DNA of 64,000 bases from Eledone cirrhosa. Its lineage: Eukaryota. Below are positions 25,365 to 39,473 of the stretch, in pieces. The notes beneath the pieces are model-generated. The model did not search any database. It saw nothing but the letters and a program-made list of their open reading frames with translations, and was not told where the DNA came from. The stretch spans positions 30,008,001 to 30,072,000 of the forward strand of contig OZ024752.1 in assembly GCA_964016885.1 (NCBI GenBank). The letters run 5' to 3'. The position numbers were made by a program, and so were the translations under genes. How positions within the stretch are numbered: the stretch's first letter is position 1; every line of letters starts with the position of its first letter.

Positions 25365-26015
25365 ATGTTGTTGTAGTAGTAGTAGTAGTAGTGGTGGTAG
25401 TAGTAATAGTAGTAGTAGTAGCAACAGCTGCAGAACTACAACTATACAACCACCACCACCACCACCACCCCAACACTACTTCTACCACCACTACCACTAC
25501 CACCATCACTACCACTACCAACACTACTTCTACCACCACTACCACCACTACCACCACTACCACCACCAACACCAACACTACTTCTACCACCACTACCACT
25601 ACCACCATCACTACCACTACCACCACCAACACTACTTCTAGCACCACTATCACTACCACCACCACCACCAACACTACTTCTACCACCACCAACACTTCTA
25701 CCACCACTACCACTACCACCATCACTACCACTACCACCACCAACACTACTTCTACCACCACTACCACCACCAACACCACCACCAACACTACTTCTACCAC
25801 CACTACCACTACCAACACTACTTCTACCACCACTACCACCACCACCACTACCACTACCACCACCAACACTACTTCTACCACCACTACCACTACCACCACT
25901 ACCACTACCACCACCAACACTACTTCTACCACCACTACCACTACCACCACCAACACTACTTCTACCACCACTACCACTACCACCACCACCACTACTTCTA
26001 CCACCACTACCACTA
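25365..26015. repeat. Compound (TAG)n then (ACC/ACT)n trinucleotide array
   Basis: Directly visible, with a recurring AACACTACTTCT sub-unit. Confidence 0.95.
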
Positions 26016-26426
26016 TTTGGTAGTAATCATTACCATCAATCCCTTTTATATTAGTTTTCTCAAATTCATTTATTGATTAGAAAAGTAAAAATTTGATTCC
26101 CTTTAATCAATTGTGTAAAAATATGTTGTTGTTTTTTATTAAGAGATAACATTTTTTCCTGGAATGTTTAATTAACACAGCAGGTGTTAATTACCACCAA
26201 TCAGCCCTTGCCCTTTGATCATCTATAGTTCAGAGGTTTTCAAAGTGGATGCTACTGCCATCCGGCGGGGCCTTGAGAAGGTCCAGGTGGAGTTGGGGCC
26301 TAAGGGTGAGTGAGGTAGACATGATACAATAGTATATTAAATATCAAATGATACATATTATATATAAATATAGTAAAATAAAAAATATATAATATTTATT
26401 TATACATAGAATATATTATATTATTT

Positions 26427-26977
26427 ACTAGCAGTGGTACCCGGTGTTGTACAGGATAAGGTATTGTGAAATATATAACCGCCTTAGCTAAGCTTAGTAT
26501 TGCCACAACCACGGCTGGCAAAGAAGTAAGGGTCTGGTGGTACGTAAGTAAGCAACACTGTGGCTTAAAACATGAGGAAGCAGTTGTGTGCACTTACCAC
26601 CTGTTTAGGGAATGAGTGTGAGATTTGTCTTGAGCAAGGGTGGCAGAATAACCGGAGGCAGCAGACAGTCAGACATACAGACAGATATTATAAGGGTGCG
26701 TTCTGGACGGAGAGGGAATTGTGGGAAATGACGTAATGCAGACAGTCAGACATAGAGACAGATATTATAAGGGCGCGACGTTATATGTATGTATCTATCT
26801 AAAAAGAGAAAGACTAAGAATTATAGAGGGAGATCGCTAAAACGCCTAATGCGGCCCCTAGGGCATTGAAAATTAGAAATTTGTTTTGCTCAGAACACTC
26901 CCTGAAACATAAGTATTACATGTGTAAAGTTTGAAAACAGTCGGTTGGATGCTTCTCTAGTTTTAGGGATTCAAACT

Positions 26978-27009
<32 letters not shown>

Positions 27010-27035
27010 GACATCCTCAGTTTTATATATATAGA
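26427..27035 (+). mobile_element. Non-autonomous Helentron/HINE-like element
   Basis: Starts ACTAGCAG..ACCCGG hairpin, has internal (CAGA)n/(CA)n, ends CAGACAGACATCCTCAGTTTTATATATATAGA; no TSD. Confidence 0.6.
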
Positions 27036-27367
27036 CTAGCAGAAAACCACCCGTTAGGCGGTTTTTTGCTAGTATATATATATATTACACACACAGAAAT
27101 GTATATATATTTCTGTGTGTATATATATATATTTCTGTGTGTGTATATATATATATATTACACACACACAGAAATGTATATATGTTTCTGTAGCACTCGT
27201 CAATTCCCCCCTCTCTCCCTCCCGCTATCCCCCTCTTGTAGTCTGTCTCTTTCTTTCACTCTCACTCTCTCTCTATGCGTCGCGTGCGCAAAAAACATTC
27301 GCACGCGCGCACGTGTTTCCACTGTCGGACAGACAGACAGAGAAATTGCTGGTTATATATTATAAGG
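27035..27367 (+). mobile_element. Second Helentron/HINE-like element abutting the first
   Basis: ACTAGCAGAAAACC...GGTTTTTTGCTAGT hairpin; ends GGACAGACAGACAGAG...TATATATTATAAG. Confidence 0.5.
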
Positions 27368-27376
27368 AGATTATAG

Positions 27377-27562
27377 GGTGGTGAATTGGCAGTATCGGTA
27401 GAGGGTCGGACATGCTTTCCAGCATAGTTACGTCCCTTTACGATCTGAGTTCAAATCCCGCCGAGGTTAACTTTGCCTTTCATCCTTACGGGGTCGATAA
27501 AATAAAGTACCAGTAATACACTGGGTAATTTGTTGGCCTTGTGCCTAAAGTAGAAACAATTA
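27377..27562 (+). mobile_element. SINE family A
   Basis: Full-length match to the 1471-1663 family. Confidence 0.9.
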
Positions 27563-27757
27563 TATTATTTATTATATATAAATTAACGATTTTATTTATT
27601 ATATATTATATATATATTATTTATTATATATTATATATAATTTGTGTGTAGGTAGGTCTCACTGGAAATAGGGGTGGGGGTGCAGAGAGTATTATATGAC
27701 TGTGAGGGGGGAGGGGAGCCCAAAAAGTTTGAGATCTAGTTTCTGTAAAATGTTAAA

Positions 27758-28042
27758 GTCTGCCTCAAACCCGTAGGCTCATCAGGCTAATGCTTATTCT
27801 GGTTTCTGTAGTGTTAAGCAACTGAGAATACAAGACACGCCTCCCCTCTACCACAGTTAGACAGTCCATCACATGATTAAACCACCTGACCATTGCTGGT
27901 ACTCATTTTCAGTTGAGTATACTAGGGCAATGGGAAATGAAGTGTTTTGCTCAAGAACACAACACACAACCCAGTCCAGGAATCAAACCTATGACATTAT
28001 GATTCTAAGTCCATAGCCCTTACCACTAGGCCATGTGCCTCC
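27758..28042 (-). mobile_element. Old tRNA-derived SINE
   Basis: GGAGGCACATGGCCTAGTGG head; collinear with the split copy at 22239-22882. Confidence 0.8.
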
Positions 28043-28122
28043 ACTCTAATTCTTGTAATCCATTGAAATGAGCACAATCCATTAAGATAAACACCCAATG
28101 TGATTTATGTATATACAAATAA

Positions 28123-28172
<50 letters not shown>

Positions 28173-28182
28173 TACATATATG

Positions 28183-28240
<58 letters not shown>

Positions 28241-28301
28241 TATATAGAGAGAGAGATACATATATGTGTATATATATATATATATATATACATATATATA
28301 C

Positions 28302-28334
<33 letters not shown>

Positions 28335-28382
28335 TACATACATATATGTGTATATATATATGTAGAGAGAGAGAGAGATACA

Positions 28383-28438
<56 letters not shown>

Positions 28439-28447
28439 CATATATAT

Positions 28448-28494
<47 letters not shown>

Positions 28495-29057
28495 TACATA
28501 CATATATGTGTGTATATATATATATATTGTTGTAGGCTAGTTAATTATCGAAGCAGACAATAAAAGTATATTACTTCTATTATAAAGACCCTTTTGTTAC
28601 AATTCAATGGCCCTTTCAAAGACAGATTTCCATAAAATTTAATTGCAGCAAAAAGATTCTTTGCACTTAATGGAATGCTTAAAATTATTGGAAAACTGAT
28701 ATTCTTCTGTGTTGAAAGAGTTAAAAGTAAGTTTAGGTTGATTGAAAAATATGTTGTTCATTAAATAATGGCAGATAGAGAAGGGTTGAATATAGATCTA
28801 TAGATGACTATAGATAGTGTGTGTGTACATGTGTGTGTGTGTATGAGTGCATTTGTGTGTGTACATTTGTGTGTGTATGAGTGCATTTATGTGTGTACAT
28901 GTGCATATGTACATCTGTGTATGTGTGTAAGTGTGTGTTTCCTAATCAAATTTCATGTGAACACACTTTCATTCAGGTTTGTTGTCTTTAGTCTTTATTG
29001 AATATATCAATGATAATAAAGGGGAAGTTATATATATATATAAAACCAGTAAAAGAG

Positions 29058-29125
<68 letters not shown>

Positions 29126-29649
29126 CATCATCAACTGTCCTCTCTTTCTCTCTCTCTCTCTATATATATATATAAAAACAAAGGACAGTTATGGCACAAC
29201 TTAACAGAATTAGTATAAGCCTGTGTCTCTTAAATGGAATGCTCAAAAGAGAGAACCTGATTATAGACATTATAGAGAGAGCAACTGATTCCATTTTACT
29301 GGTTTGAAGTAGAACATTACAATGAAATAGGTCAGTAGATAGATGATTAGTGCATGTATGTATATATATATATATAAATACATATATTAGTGAATATATA
29401 TATAAGAGGAGATTAGAATATATATATATCATCATCATCATTTTACGTATCCCAACCTTCCAACTTCCTCATATATATATATATATAGAGATAAATATAC
29501 AGAGGTGTGTATGATTGTGTATAGAAGATTATATTAATAAAAGGAATTCCAACTTTGTCTGATTTACTCGTTTTATTTACAATCCTTTAAAATATATAAT
29601 GGTATTATAATGAAATAGTATGGTAGAATATTAAATGTCAAGTGTTAAT

Positions 29650-29688
29650 TGAACAAGTACTTTCATGCTTTCGCAATCTTCAGGTTCA
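29650..29688 (-). ncRNA. Minimal type-I hammerhead ribozyme (39 nt)
   Basis: TGAAC-CTGAAGA-T TGC gaaa GCA T-GAAAG-TA-CTT-GTTCA; GNRA loop on stem II, palindromic AGTACT stem III. Confidence 0.82.
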
Positions 29689-29733
29689 TATTGTGTGGTG
29701 ACAGTCAAGTTTGTAATTTTCAAGGGTCTAGTG

Positions 29734-30298
29734 GGGGAGCCAATTTAGTCGCTGACCACTCGACTATGAAGCATGTTGGGGAGCCAATTTAGTCACTGAC
29801 CACTCGACCATGAAGCATGTTGGGGAGCCAATTTAGTCGCTGACCACTCAAACATGAAGCATGTTGGGGAGCCAATTTAGTCGCTGACCACTCGACCATG
29901 AAGCATGTTGGGGAGCCAATTTAGTCACTGACCACTCAAACATGAAGCATGTTGGGGAGCCAATTTAGTCACTGACCACTCAAACATGAAGCATGTTGGG
30001 GAGCCAATTTAGTCACTGACCACTCACACATGAAACATGTTGTACTGAGTTACATGGTGCCAGAAATAGGCCTGACCTGACCAGACCAGAGTCTGGTGGG
30101 GAGCCAATTCAGTCTAGTTGTTGACCACTCAACCATCAAGCATGTTGTACTGGGTTACATGGTGCCAGAAGAAGGCTGAAGCCTGACCTGACCAGACCAG
30201 GGTCTGGTGGGGGAGCTGGTTTAGTCGCTGACCACTTAACCATGAAGCAGGTTGTACTGGGTTACATTGTACCAGTATCAGGCAGAATCCTGACCTGA
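29734..30298. repeat. 44-bp minisatellite (7 copies) expanded from a longer ~95-bp repeat
   Basis: GGGGAGCCAATTTAGTCACTGACCACTCGACCATGAAGCATGTT x7, then two longer units that contain it. Confidence 0.92.
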
Positions 30299-30328
30299 CA
30301 TAATATTAATAAGGTAACAGAGTATAAA

Positions 30329-30772
30329 TAATAATGGCTTCATATATGGACACAAGGCCAGCAATTTGGGAGGGAGACGGTAAAGTTGATTAAATCGACC
30401 CCAGTGTGTGACTGGTACTATATTTTATCAACCCTGTAAGAATGAAAGGCAAAGCTAACCTTGGCAGGATTTAAACTCAGAACATAAAGGCCCGTAACTC
30501 TATGTTACGAAGCATGGTGTTTGAACGCTCTACTGATATGACCAATCTAGCTATATCAGATGTATTAAGTTATTTTCTTCTATTATAATTGTTTCTCATT
30601 TGGCACAAGGCCAGCAAATACCCAGTACATTACTGGTACTTTATTTTATCGACCTCGTAAGGATGAAAGGCAAAGTTAACCTCAGCGGGATTTGAACTCA
30701 GATCGTAAAGGGACATAACTATGCTGGAAAGCATGGCGTCCAACCCTCTACTGATACTGCCAATCCACCACC
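30329..30772 (-). mobile_element. Two adjacent SINE family A copies (old 30329-30548, young 30585-30772)
   Basis: Family motifs present; the young copy has TSD TTTTCTTCTATTATAAT at 30573 and 30774. Confidence 0.88.
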
Positions 30773-31692
30773 ATTTTCTTCTATTATAATGAACTGTACA
30801 AGTTGAAAAACTAGTTGTAGAGATAACAACAGTAAAACAGATGATTGTGTAGAAATATCTAAACATCATAGCATGGTGATTAATGTTTCTTTTCACAGGT
30901 ACACATATACACACATGAACATGTATACATGTGCCTACATACACACACATACATACATACAGACACATACACGCACACAGACACATACACAGAGGCACAC
31001 ATACATACATATGCAGACACATACAGAGAGACACACACGTACACACAGGCACATGTACACACACATAGAAACATAAAAATATCCCCCACACACACACAAA
31101 CCTCCATGCATACCCACAAAGACACACCAACCTCCAAAATACCCACATATCCTCACATATTCACAAACCCCCTCCCTCCTACATACCCACACAGACACAC
31201 ACAAACCTCCTCCACACTCACACAGACACACACAAACCTCCTACATACCCACACAGACACACACCAAACCGACACACACAAACTCCCCCAAATTCCCCCA
31301 CACAAACCCCCCTCCCATCAACATACACACACAGACACACACACAAATCCACCCACACCCCACACGCCCCACACCGAGACAAAGAAGCGATATTGATTAT
31401 ACTACAAAACCTATTACAATGAGAAGTTATTGTTTATGATATTACTGGAAGTGGGGTGGGGTGATCCAATCAATTGAGACGATCAATTGCGACAAACTTA
31501 TGATATTATTGGAAGTGGGGGCTGGGTGGATATCCAATCAATTGAGACAAACCTATGATATTCAATTATTTTTGTTTTTATCAAATTGAGAAGTAATTTT
31601 GTTTTGATTTTAATTTTTTGTTTTGTTTTGTTTTCAGTGAAATTAATGTCAGTTTTGAAAGCTTTAAGAAATATATGACAATTTAATAAATG

Positions 31693-31696
<4 letters not shown>

Positions 31697-31754
<58 letters not shown>

Positions 31755-32217
31755 TAGATACACCACCATATATATATATATATAATATATATATATATTA
31801 TATATATAAAATATATATATATATTATATATATAAAATATATATATATATTATATATATAAAATATATATATATATTATATATATATATATATATTATAT
31901 ATATATATATATATATTAAATATATATATATATTATATATATATATATATGCATATATATATATTATATATCTATATTATATATATATATATATAATATA
32001 TATATATATAGATAGATACACCACCATATATATATATATTATTCCTCCCTCTATCTATCTCTATATTTCTCTCTCTCTGTATATATATATGCATATATAT
32101 ATTATATATATGCATATATATATATGCATATATATATTATATATATATATTATATATATATATTATATATATATATATATATATATGCATATATATATTA
32201 TATATATATATTATATA

Positions 32218-32260
<43 letters not shown>

Positions 32261-32474
32261 ATATTATATATATAAAATATATATATATATTATATATATA
32301 TATATATATAAAATATATATATATATTATATATATATATATTATATATATATATATATATATTAAATATATATATATATTATATATATATATATGCATAT
32401 ATATATTATATATCTATATTATATATATATATATATTATATATATATATATATTATATATATATATATATTATA

Positions 32475-32521
<47 letters not shown>

Positions 32522-32590
32522 TATATTAAATATATATGTATATATATATGCATATATATATTATATATATATATTATATATATTATATAT
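31697..32590. repeat. (TA)n/(TATTA)n microsatellite
   Basis: Directly visible. Confidence 0.97.
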
Positions 32591-32591
32591 A

Positions 32592-33211
32592 AGAAAAAAG
32601 TTTGTCCTTCATCAGTGATCTTACAACCATCATAGGTATTTCATCGCTTTAAAGACCATATACCTCCGGTTGGTGCGAGCAACGGCTAAAAAAAGTCGTT
32701 GGGACACGTAAATAAAGGGGACGCGAGGGTAAACAAACAAAATGGTGAGGCAACAGAAAGTGAGGAAGAAAGAGACAAGTCCCAGATTTCTATGAATTTA
32801 AGTTCGGTGAAATCGTGAACGAGAGAATAAAGACCATCAAACCTGGTTGAAATGTGAGCAAGGAAGGAATTTCGCACAGGTCTAACGGGAGGAAGAAGGG
32901 GTCTGGTCTGCGAATTCGGTAAACATAAGTTCTGTGAAATCGTAGACGCGAGAGAAAAAATTCCGACCAGCTTGGCCGAGAATGTGAGAGAAAAGAGTTA
33001 CTCACAGGTCAAACGGGAAGAAAGAGGAGGAGGAGAAGAGGTAGTGACAGAGAATGAGTGAGTGAAGTGTGAGGAAGAGGCTAACAAAGAGAGAGACTGC
33101 TAGAAAGGGTAAAGATACGTAGAACGAAAAAGACGTGTAGCAGCAGAGGAAAAAATATGTGTAAATATGATAATAAGGGCGCTGCGGAGTTGCAAATGGG
33201 TTACATATGAA
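32592..33211 (-). mobile_element. Penelope-like terminal fragment truncated inside its hammerhead
   Basis: The minus strand ends GATCA-CTGATGA-AGGAC. 32604-32665 is homologous to 42795-42854, and the other end resembles 42883-42920. (TA)n on both sides. Confidence 0.55.
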
Positions 33212-33863
33212 AATATTATATATATATATTATATATATATATATATATTAAATATATATGTATATATTATATATATATATGCATATATATATTATATATA
33301 TATATATTATATATATATATGCATATATATATTATATATATATTATATATATATATGCATATATATATTATATATATATATATATTATATATATATGCAT
33401 ATATATATTATATATATATATTATATATATATATATATATGCATATATATATTATATATATATATTAAATATATATGTATATATTATATATATATATTAT
33501 ATATATATATATATATGCATATATATATTATATATATATATATATTATATATATATATATACATATATATATTATATATATATATATATTATATATATAT
33601 TATATATATATATATATTATATATATAAATTACTACTGTGATTAATAGTAGTGGCTAGGCTCTGTCTTAATAGCACCCCCACTCCTAGCTGATTAACCTC
33701 AGTGTCACGTGATTGATTCTTTTGAATTTGCCACTTGACCAAGTAGGCAGTGAATTTTTCAATGTCTTGGAATCTAGCCCCGCTCGCTTTTTTCCATCCA
33801 CTGAATTATTTTTATATAAGTTCTCAGTGTCCCCGCATTGCCTGGAAGCTTAGCTGAGAATAG

Positions 33864-33944
33864 ACTCCCTGATGACGTAAGGCTTCTCTATGGGTACACT
33901 CCGTAACCATATTTATCCCCTTACAGAAACTAATTAGTTGGAGT
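33864..33944 (+). ncRNA. Type-I hammerhead ribozyme with extended stem II
   Basis: ACTCC-CTGATGA-C GTAAGG[...ATGGGTAC actcc GTAACCAT...]CCTTAC A-GAAAC-TAATTA-GTT-GGAGT; lies in a ~360-bp element (33632-33996) between (TA)n tracts. Confidence 0.82.
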
Positions 33945-33991
33945 GAAATTTTAGTAAGTAAGTCAATTTTCATAACTTTCTTATTTACGTC

Positions 33992-34030
<39 letters not shown>

Positions 34031-34035
<5 letters not shown>

Positions 34036-34564
34036 AATGAATAATAACAGGTAGACATCATAAAAAGGTAATTTATTCCGTGTGCTTACAAGTGTTTACA
34101 TAGTGGTACTGCAGCCTAGTTCCGCTACGTGCAAATTCACAAGTACTTGCAGAACTCGAATATCCAATGCTGTGACCACTGTTTCCTCAGAGCAGAATGT
34201 TCCACTCTATCTTCCCCAACAACCCCACTTAAGGGTTTTACATTGTACATTTACCATTCTGCTCTGAGGAAACAGTGGTCACAGCATTGGATATTCGAGT
34301 TCTGCAAGTACTTGTGAATTTGCACGTAGCGGAACTAGGCTGCAGTACCACCGTGGAAACACTTGTAAGCACACGGAATAAATTACCTTTTTATGATGTC
34401 TACCTGTTATTATTCATTCTTTATATACACTCCGGAATACTGAAGGATCAGGAACTAAGTTTCTAGAACAATTCTTCCACAACTCGTAGAGTAACCTCTT
34501 ACCGTACGTCAACCATATCCAGTGTAGTAATTAACCATTACTACATCTTGGATAATCCTATACC

Positions 34565-34566
<2 letters not shown>
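34031..34566 (+). mobile_element. Fold-back Penelope-like element
   Basis: About 170-bp inverted arms 34031-34199 / 34255-34425, followed by a unique tail; (TA)n on both sides. Confidence 0.78.
34260..34371 (+). ncRNA. Type-I hammerhead ribozyme with long stem II
   Basis: TGCT-CTGAGGA-AACAGTGGT[~67-nt hairpin insert]ACCACCGTG-GAAAC-ACTT-GTA-AGCA, with AATAAA just downstream. The inverted copy has GAAA changed to TAAA. Confidence 0.7.
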
Positions 34567-34658
<92 letters not shown>

Positions 34659-34705
34659 AAGGAAAAGCGAAGTAGTTTCAGATGTTCAAGTCCTTTAATA
34701 ATAAT

Positions 34706-34779
34706 GCTGTGATATATATTTCAGTGACGACACTGGCCACACTGTTCTGTGTGCGAGTGTCGTGTCATCATCAGACAGC
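34706..34779 (-). ncRNA. Type-I hammerhead ribozyme
   Basis: GCTGT-CTGATGA-T GAC ACGACACT cg CACAC agaaca GTGTG gcc AGTGTCGT CAC T-GAAAT-ATAT-ATC-ACAGC. Confidence 0.85.
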
Positions 34780-35439
34780 TTGTTACATAATAAGGTTATG
34801 TTTCCGAGGCAATCCAAATTGGATCGACAAGGGAACGGATGAATTGCGTGTTCTTGGGTTTTTCATCCGCTCCCTTGCGAGTACCAATTCACCCCCACCG
34901 GCCTGCGCAAGCGCATGTCCGAAGGAAGTTGACCATTCGCCACCACAGACTTCAACGAAATTTGCTTAGTCAGTTCACCCTGTCATCCAAAACAATGGCC
35001 CACCAATGCCTGTACCATATTTTACTGCTACCCATCACGGCTGTGGCAGTCAGCCGAGAGCCAGAGGAGATGGGAGAGTGTTAGTTTTTACAGGTCATAA
35101 TACTACCCCTCACTAAGCGTTGACAGCACGACTGACCATCACCTTCTTAGGGAAAATAAACTTATTCTAGGTATCATGGTTTTACGTTGGAAGTTAAGAG
35201 TGAGAGTTGGAAATAAAAATTAAAATCCTAAATCAAATATCAGAAATTATAAATTAAACAATTAAGAAATTAACAATTAGAAATTAAAGAATTAAAAAAA
35301 TTCTTTTAAGGTGATAATTCGGATTGAGGTGAGTAAAAATATAGACTGAAGTGAGTAAATAATATGGAGAGAGGTGTTTAAGTATTATGTTCTGAGAGGG
35401 ATTCTAGTGTCACAGTTACATATTGAATGACGGTGTCGT

Positions 35440-35733
35440 ACATTATAACTACAGGGCTCCAGGCATTAGTGAATCTGGTACACAGTCCTAATTTCCATCA
35501 CATGGAACAAAATCAAAGAAAAACAGACATAAAGTACACAAAAGAAAAGAACAGAACCAACAGTGAATAAATGCAAAAACACAGAGTACATATATGATCC
35601 ATATGATTGTCCATCTGTCCATGTATAGATTGAATTGAGGGGAACTCTGTTCAAGTGCGATTTGGTGCAGGAAAATAGGGGTTTATCCTATTATTTATCC
35701 ACTAATGCCTGGAGCCCTGTAGTTATAATGTAT
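35440..35733. repeat. ~33-bp inverted repeats flanking a 225-bp spacer
   Basis: TACATTATAACTACAGGGCTCCAGGCATTAGTG / CACTAATGCCTGGAGCCCTGTAGTTATAATGTA. Confidence 0.85.
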
Positions 35734-35783
35734 TATATATATATTATATATATATATTATATATATATATTATATATATATAA

Positions 35784-35940
35784 AGGCGGTGGATTGGCAG
35801 TATCGGTAGAGGGTCGGACGCCAGGCTTTCCAGCATAGTTACGTCCCTTTACGATCTGAGTTCAAATCCTTACGGGGTCGATAAAATAAAGTACCAATAA
35901 TACACTGGGTAATTGCTGGCCTTGTGCCTAACGTAGAAAC

Positions 35941-35945
<5 letters not shown>
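35784..35945 (+). mobile_element. SINE family A with internal deletion
   Basis: Deletion between two ATCC microhomologies (GTTCAAATCC|TTACGGGG). Confidence 0.88.
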
Positions 35946-35985
<40 letters not shown>

Positions 35986-36037
35986 ACATTATATATATAT
36001 ATACATTATATATATATATATATATATATAAACACAT

Positions 36038-36069
<32 letters not shown>

Positions 36070-36102
36070 ATACATTATATATATATATATATATATATAC
36101 AC

Positions 36103-36183
<81 letters not shown>

Positions 36184-36187
36184 ATAC

Positions 36188-36229
<42 letters not shown>

Positions 36230-36289
36230 ATACATTATATATATCTATATTATATATATATATATATATTATATATATATATATTATAT

Positions 36290-36603
36290 ATCATTTCATT
36301 TTACGTCCGCTTTTTCCCTGCTTGCAAGGGTGGGACGGGAACTGATTCTGGCTTGATTTCTACAGCTGGATGCCCTTCCTAACACCAACCTCATTTACCA
36401 CTGTAAATGATGAGTGCTTTTTTGCCGTGGCACCTCCACGACCACTTTGCAGTCCCTATCATCTCATTTCTACAGCTGAGTAAACTGGAGCAATGTGAAA
36501 TAAAGTGTCTTGCTCAAGGAAACAACACATCACCCGGTCTGAGAATTGAACTCACAACCTTTCGATTGCAAGGCCAATGCTCTAAACACTAAGCCATGTG
36601 CCT

Positions 36604-36606
<3 letters not shown>
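36290..36606 (-). mobile_element. SINE family B
   Basis: Near-identical to 17776-18117. Confidence 0.9.
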
Positions 36607-36674
<68 letters not shown>

Positions 36675-36838
36675 AATATATATATATATATATTTTATAT
36701 ATATATATATATTATATATATTTATATATATTATATATATATATATATATTATATATATTTATATATATTATATATATATATATATTATATATATATATA
36801 TATTATATATATATTATATATTATATATATATATATAT

Positions 36839-36869
<31 letters not shown>

Positions 36870-37179
36870 ATATATTATATATATATATATATATTATATA
36901 TATATATATATTATATATTATATATATATTATATATATATATATTATATATATAATATATATATTATATATATAATATATATATTATATATATATTATAT
37001 ATATATATATATATATAATATATATAATATATATATTATATATATAATATATATATTTATATATATTATATATATATATATATTATATATATAATATATA
37101 TATTATATATATTATATATATATATATATAATATATATATATATATATTATATATATAATATATATATTATATATATAT

Positions 37180-37211
<32 letters not shown>

Positions 37212-37495
37212 ATATATTATATATATATTATATATATATATATAATATATATATATATATATAATATATATAATATATATATATATATAATATATATAAT
37301 ATATATATATATATAATATATAATATATATATTATATATATATATATAAATTATATATATAATATATATATTATATATTAATATATATATTATATATATA
37401 TATTATATATATATAATATATATATATTATATATAATATATATATTATATATATATATATAAATTATATATATAATATATATATTATATATTATA

Positions 37496-37589
<94 letters not shown>

Positions 37590-37626
37590 ATAATTATATA
37601 TATATATATATATATTATATATATTT

Positions 37627-37679
<53 letters not shown>

Positions 37680-37959
37680 ATATATTATCTATTATATATA
37701 TATTATATATATATATCATATATAGGAGTAAGTAAGACCCCGACGGCTGAGCTCAAGCCGTTTCGACGGCTAGTCGAAACGGCTTGAGCTTAGCCGTCGG
37801 GGTCTTACTTACTCTATATATGATATATATATATAATATATATATAATAGATAATATATATATATATATTATATAGATAATATATATATATATATATATA
37901 GATAATATATATATATATATATATAGATAATATATATATATATATATATATATATAGAT

Positions 37960-38038
<79 letters not shown>

Positions 38039-38076
38039 TATATATATATGATATATATATATATAATATATATATA

Positions 38077-38114
<38 letters not shown>

Positions 38115-38479
38115 ATATATATATAATATATATATAATATATAATATATATATATATATATATAATATATATATATAATATATATATATAATATATATAT
38201 ATAATATATATATATATAATATATATATAATATATATATATATAATATATATATATAATATATATATATATAATATATATATATGATATATATATATATA
38301 ATATATATATAATATATAATATATATATATATGATATATATATATATAATATATATATAATATATAATATATATATATATATATATAATATATATATATA
38401 ATATATATATATAATATATATATATAATATATATATATATATAGATATATATAATATATATATATATAATATATATATA

Positions 38480-38512
<33 letters not shown>

Positions 38513-38645
38513 GATATATATATATATAAACCTGCCAGACAGTCCTATGCGAGCAAGACAACCACTCTTGCCTCAAGTGGGAAAACTCCCGTCCAAAACC
38601 CATGCAAGCATAGAACATGGACGTTAAACGATGATGATGATATAT

Positions 38646-38722
<77 letters not shown>

Positions 38723-38745
38723 ATATAATATATATATATATTATA

Positions 38746-38776
<31 letters not shown>

Positions 38777-39428
38777 TATATATATATAAATTATATATAT
38801 ATAAATTATATATATATAAATTATATATATATATAAATTATATATATATAAATTATATATATATATTATATATATATAAATTATATATATATAAATTATA
38901 TATATATAAATTATATATATATAAATTATATATATATATTATATATATATAAATTATATATATATAAATTATATATATATATATATTATATATATATATA
39001 TATATTATATATATATATATATATTATATATATATATATTATATATATATATATTATATATATATATATATATTATATATTATTATATATATTATATATA
39101 TATATTATATATATATTATATATATATATTATATATATATAATATATATATATATATTATATATATTATATATATATATTATATATATATATATATTATA
39201 TATATATATATTATATATATATATTATATATATATATATATTATATATATTACATATATATATATATATTATATATATATATTATATATATATATATATT
39301 ATATATATTACATATATATATATATATTATATATATATATTATATATATATATTATATATATATATATATATTATATATATATATATATAATGTATATAT
39401 TATATATATATATATTATATATATAAAG

Positions 39429-39473
<45 letters not shown>

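Larger units (their letters stand above)
26231..27738. mobile_element. Degenerate hAT-like MITE hosting nested insertions
   Basis: Left end CAGAGGTTTTCAAAGTGG, decayed right end AAAAAGTTTGAGA; two Helentron-like elements and a SINE lie inside. Confidence 0.4.

Noticed and set aside
25363-26023. Thr-rich mucin-like ORF and Val-rich antisense ORF
   Set aside because: Trinucleotide repeat array with no signal peptide, splice context or unique domain.
28572-28706. Candidate minus-strand exon (strong acceptor, 44 open codons); similar weak candidates at 10310-10386, 48306-48424 and 54371-54406
   Set aside because: No recognisable protein motif and weak donor or acceptor; cannot be told from chance without RNA-seq.
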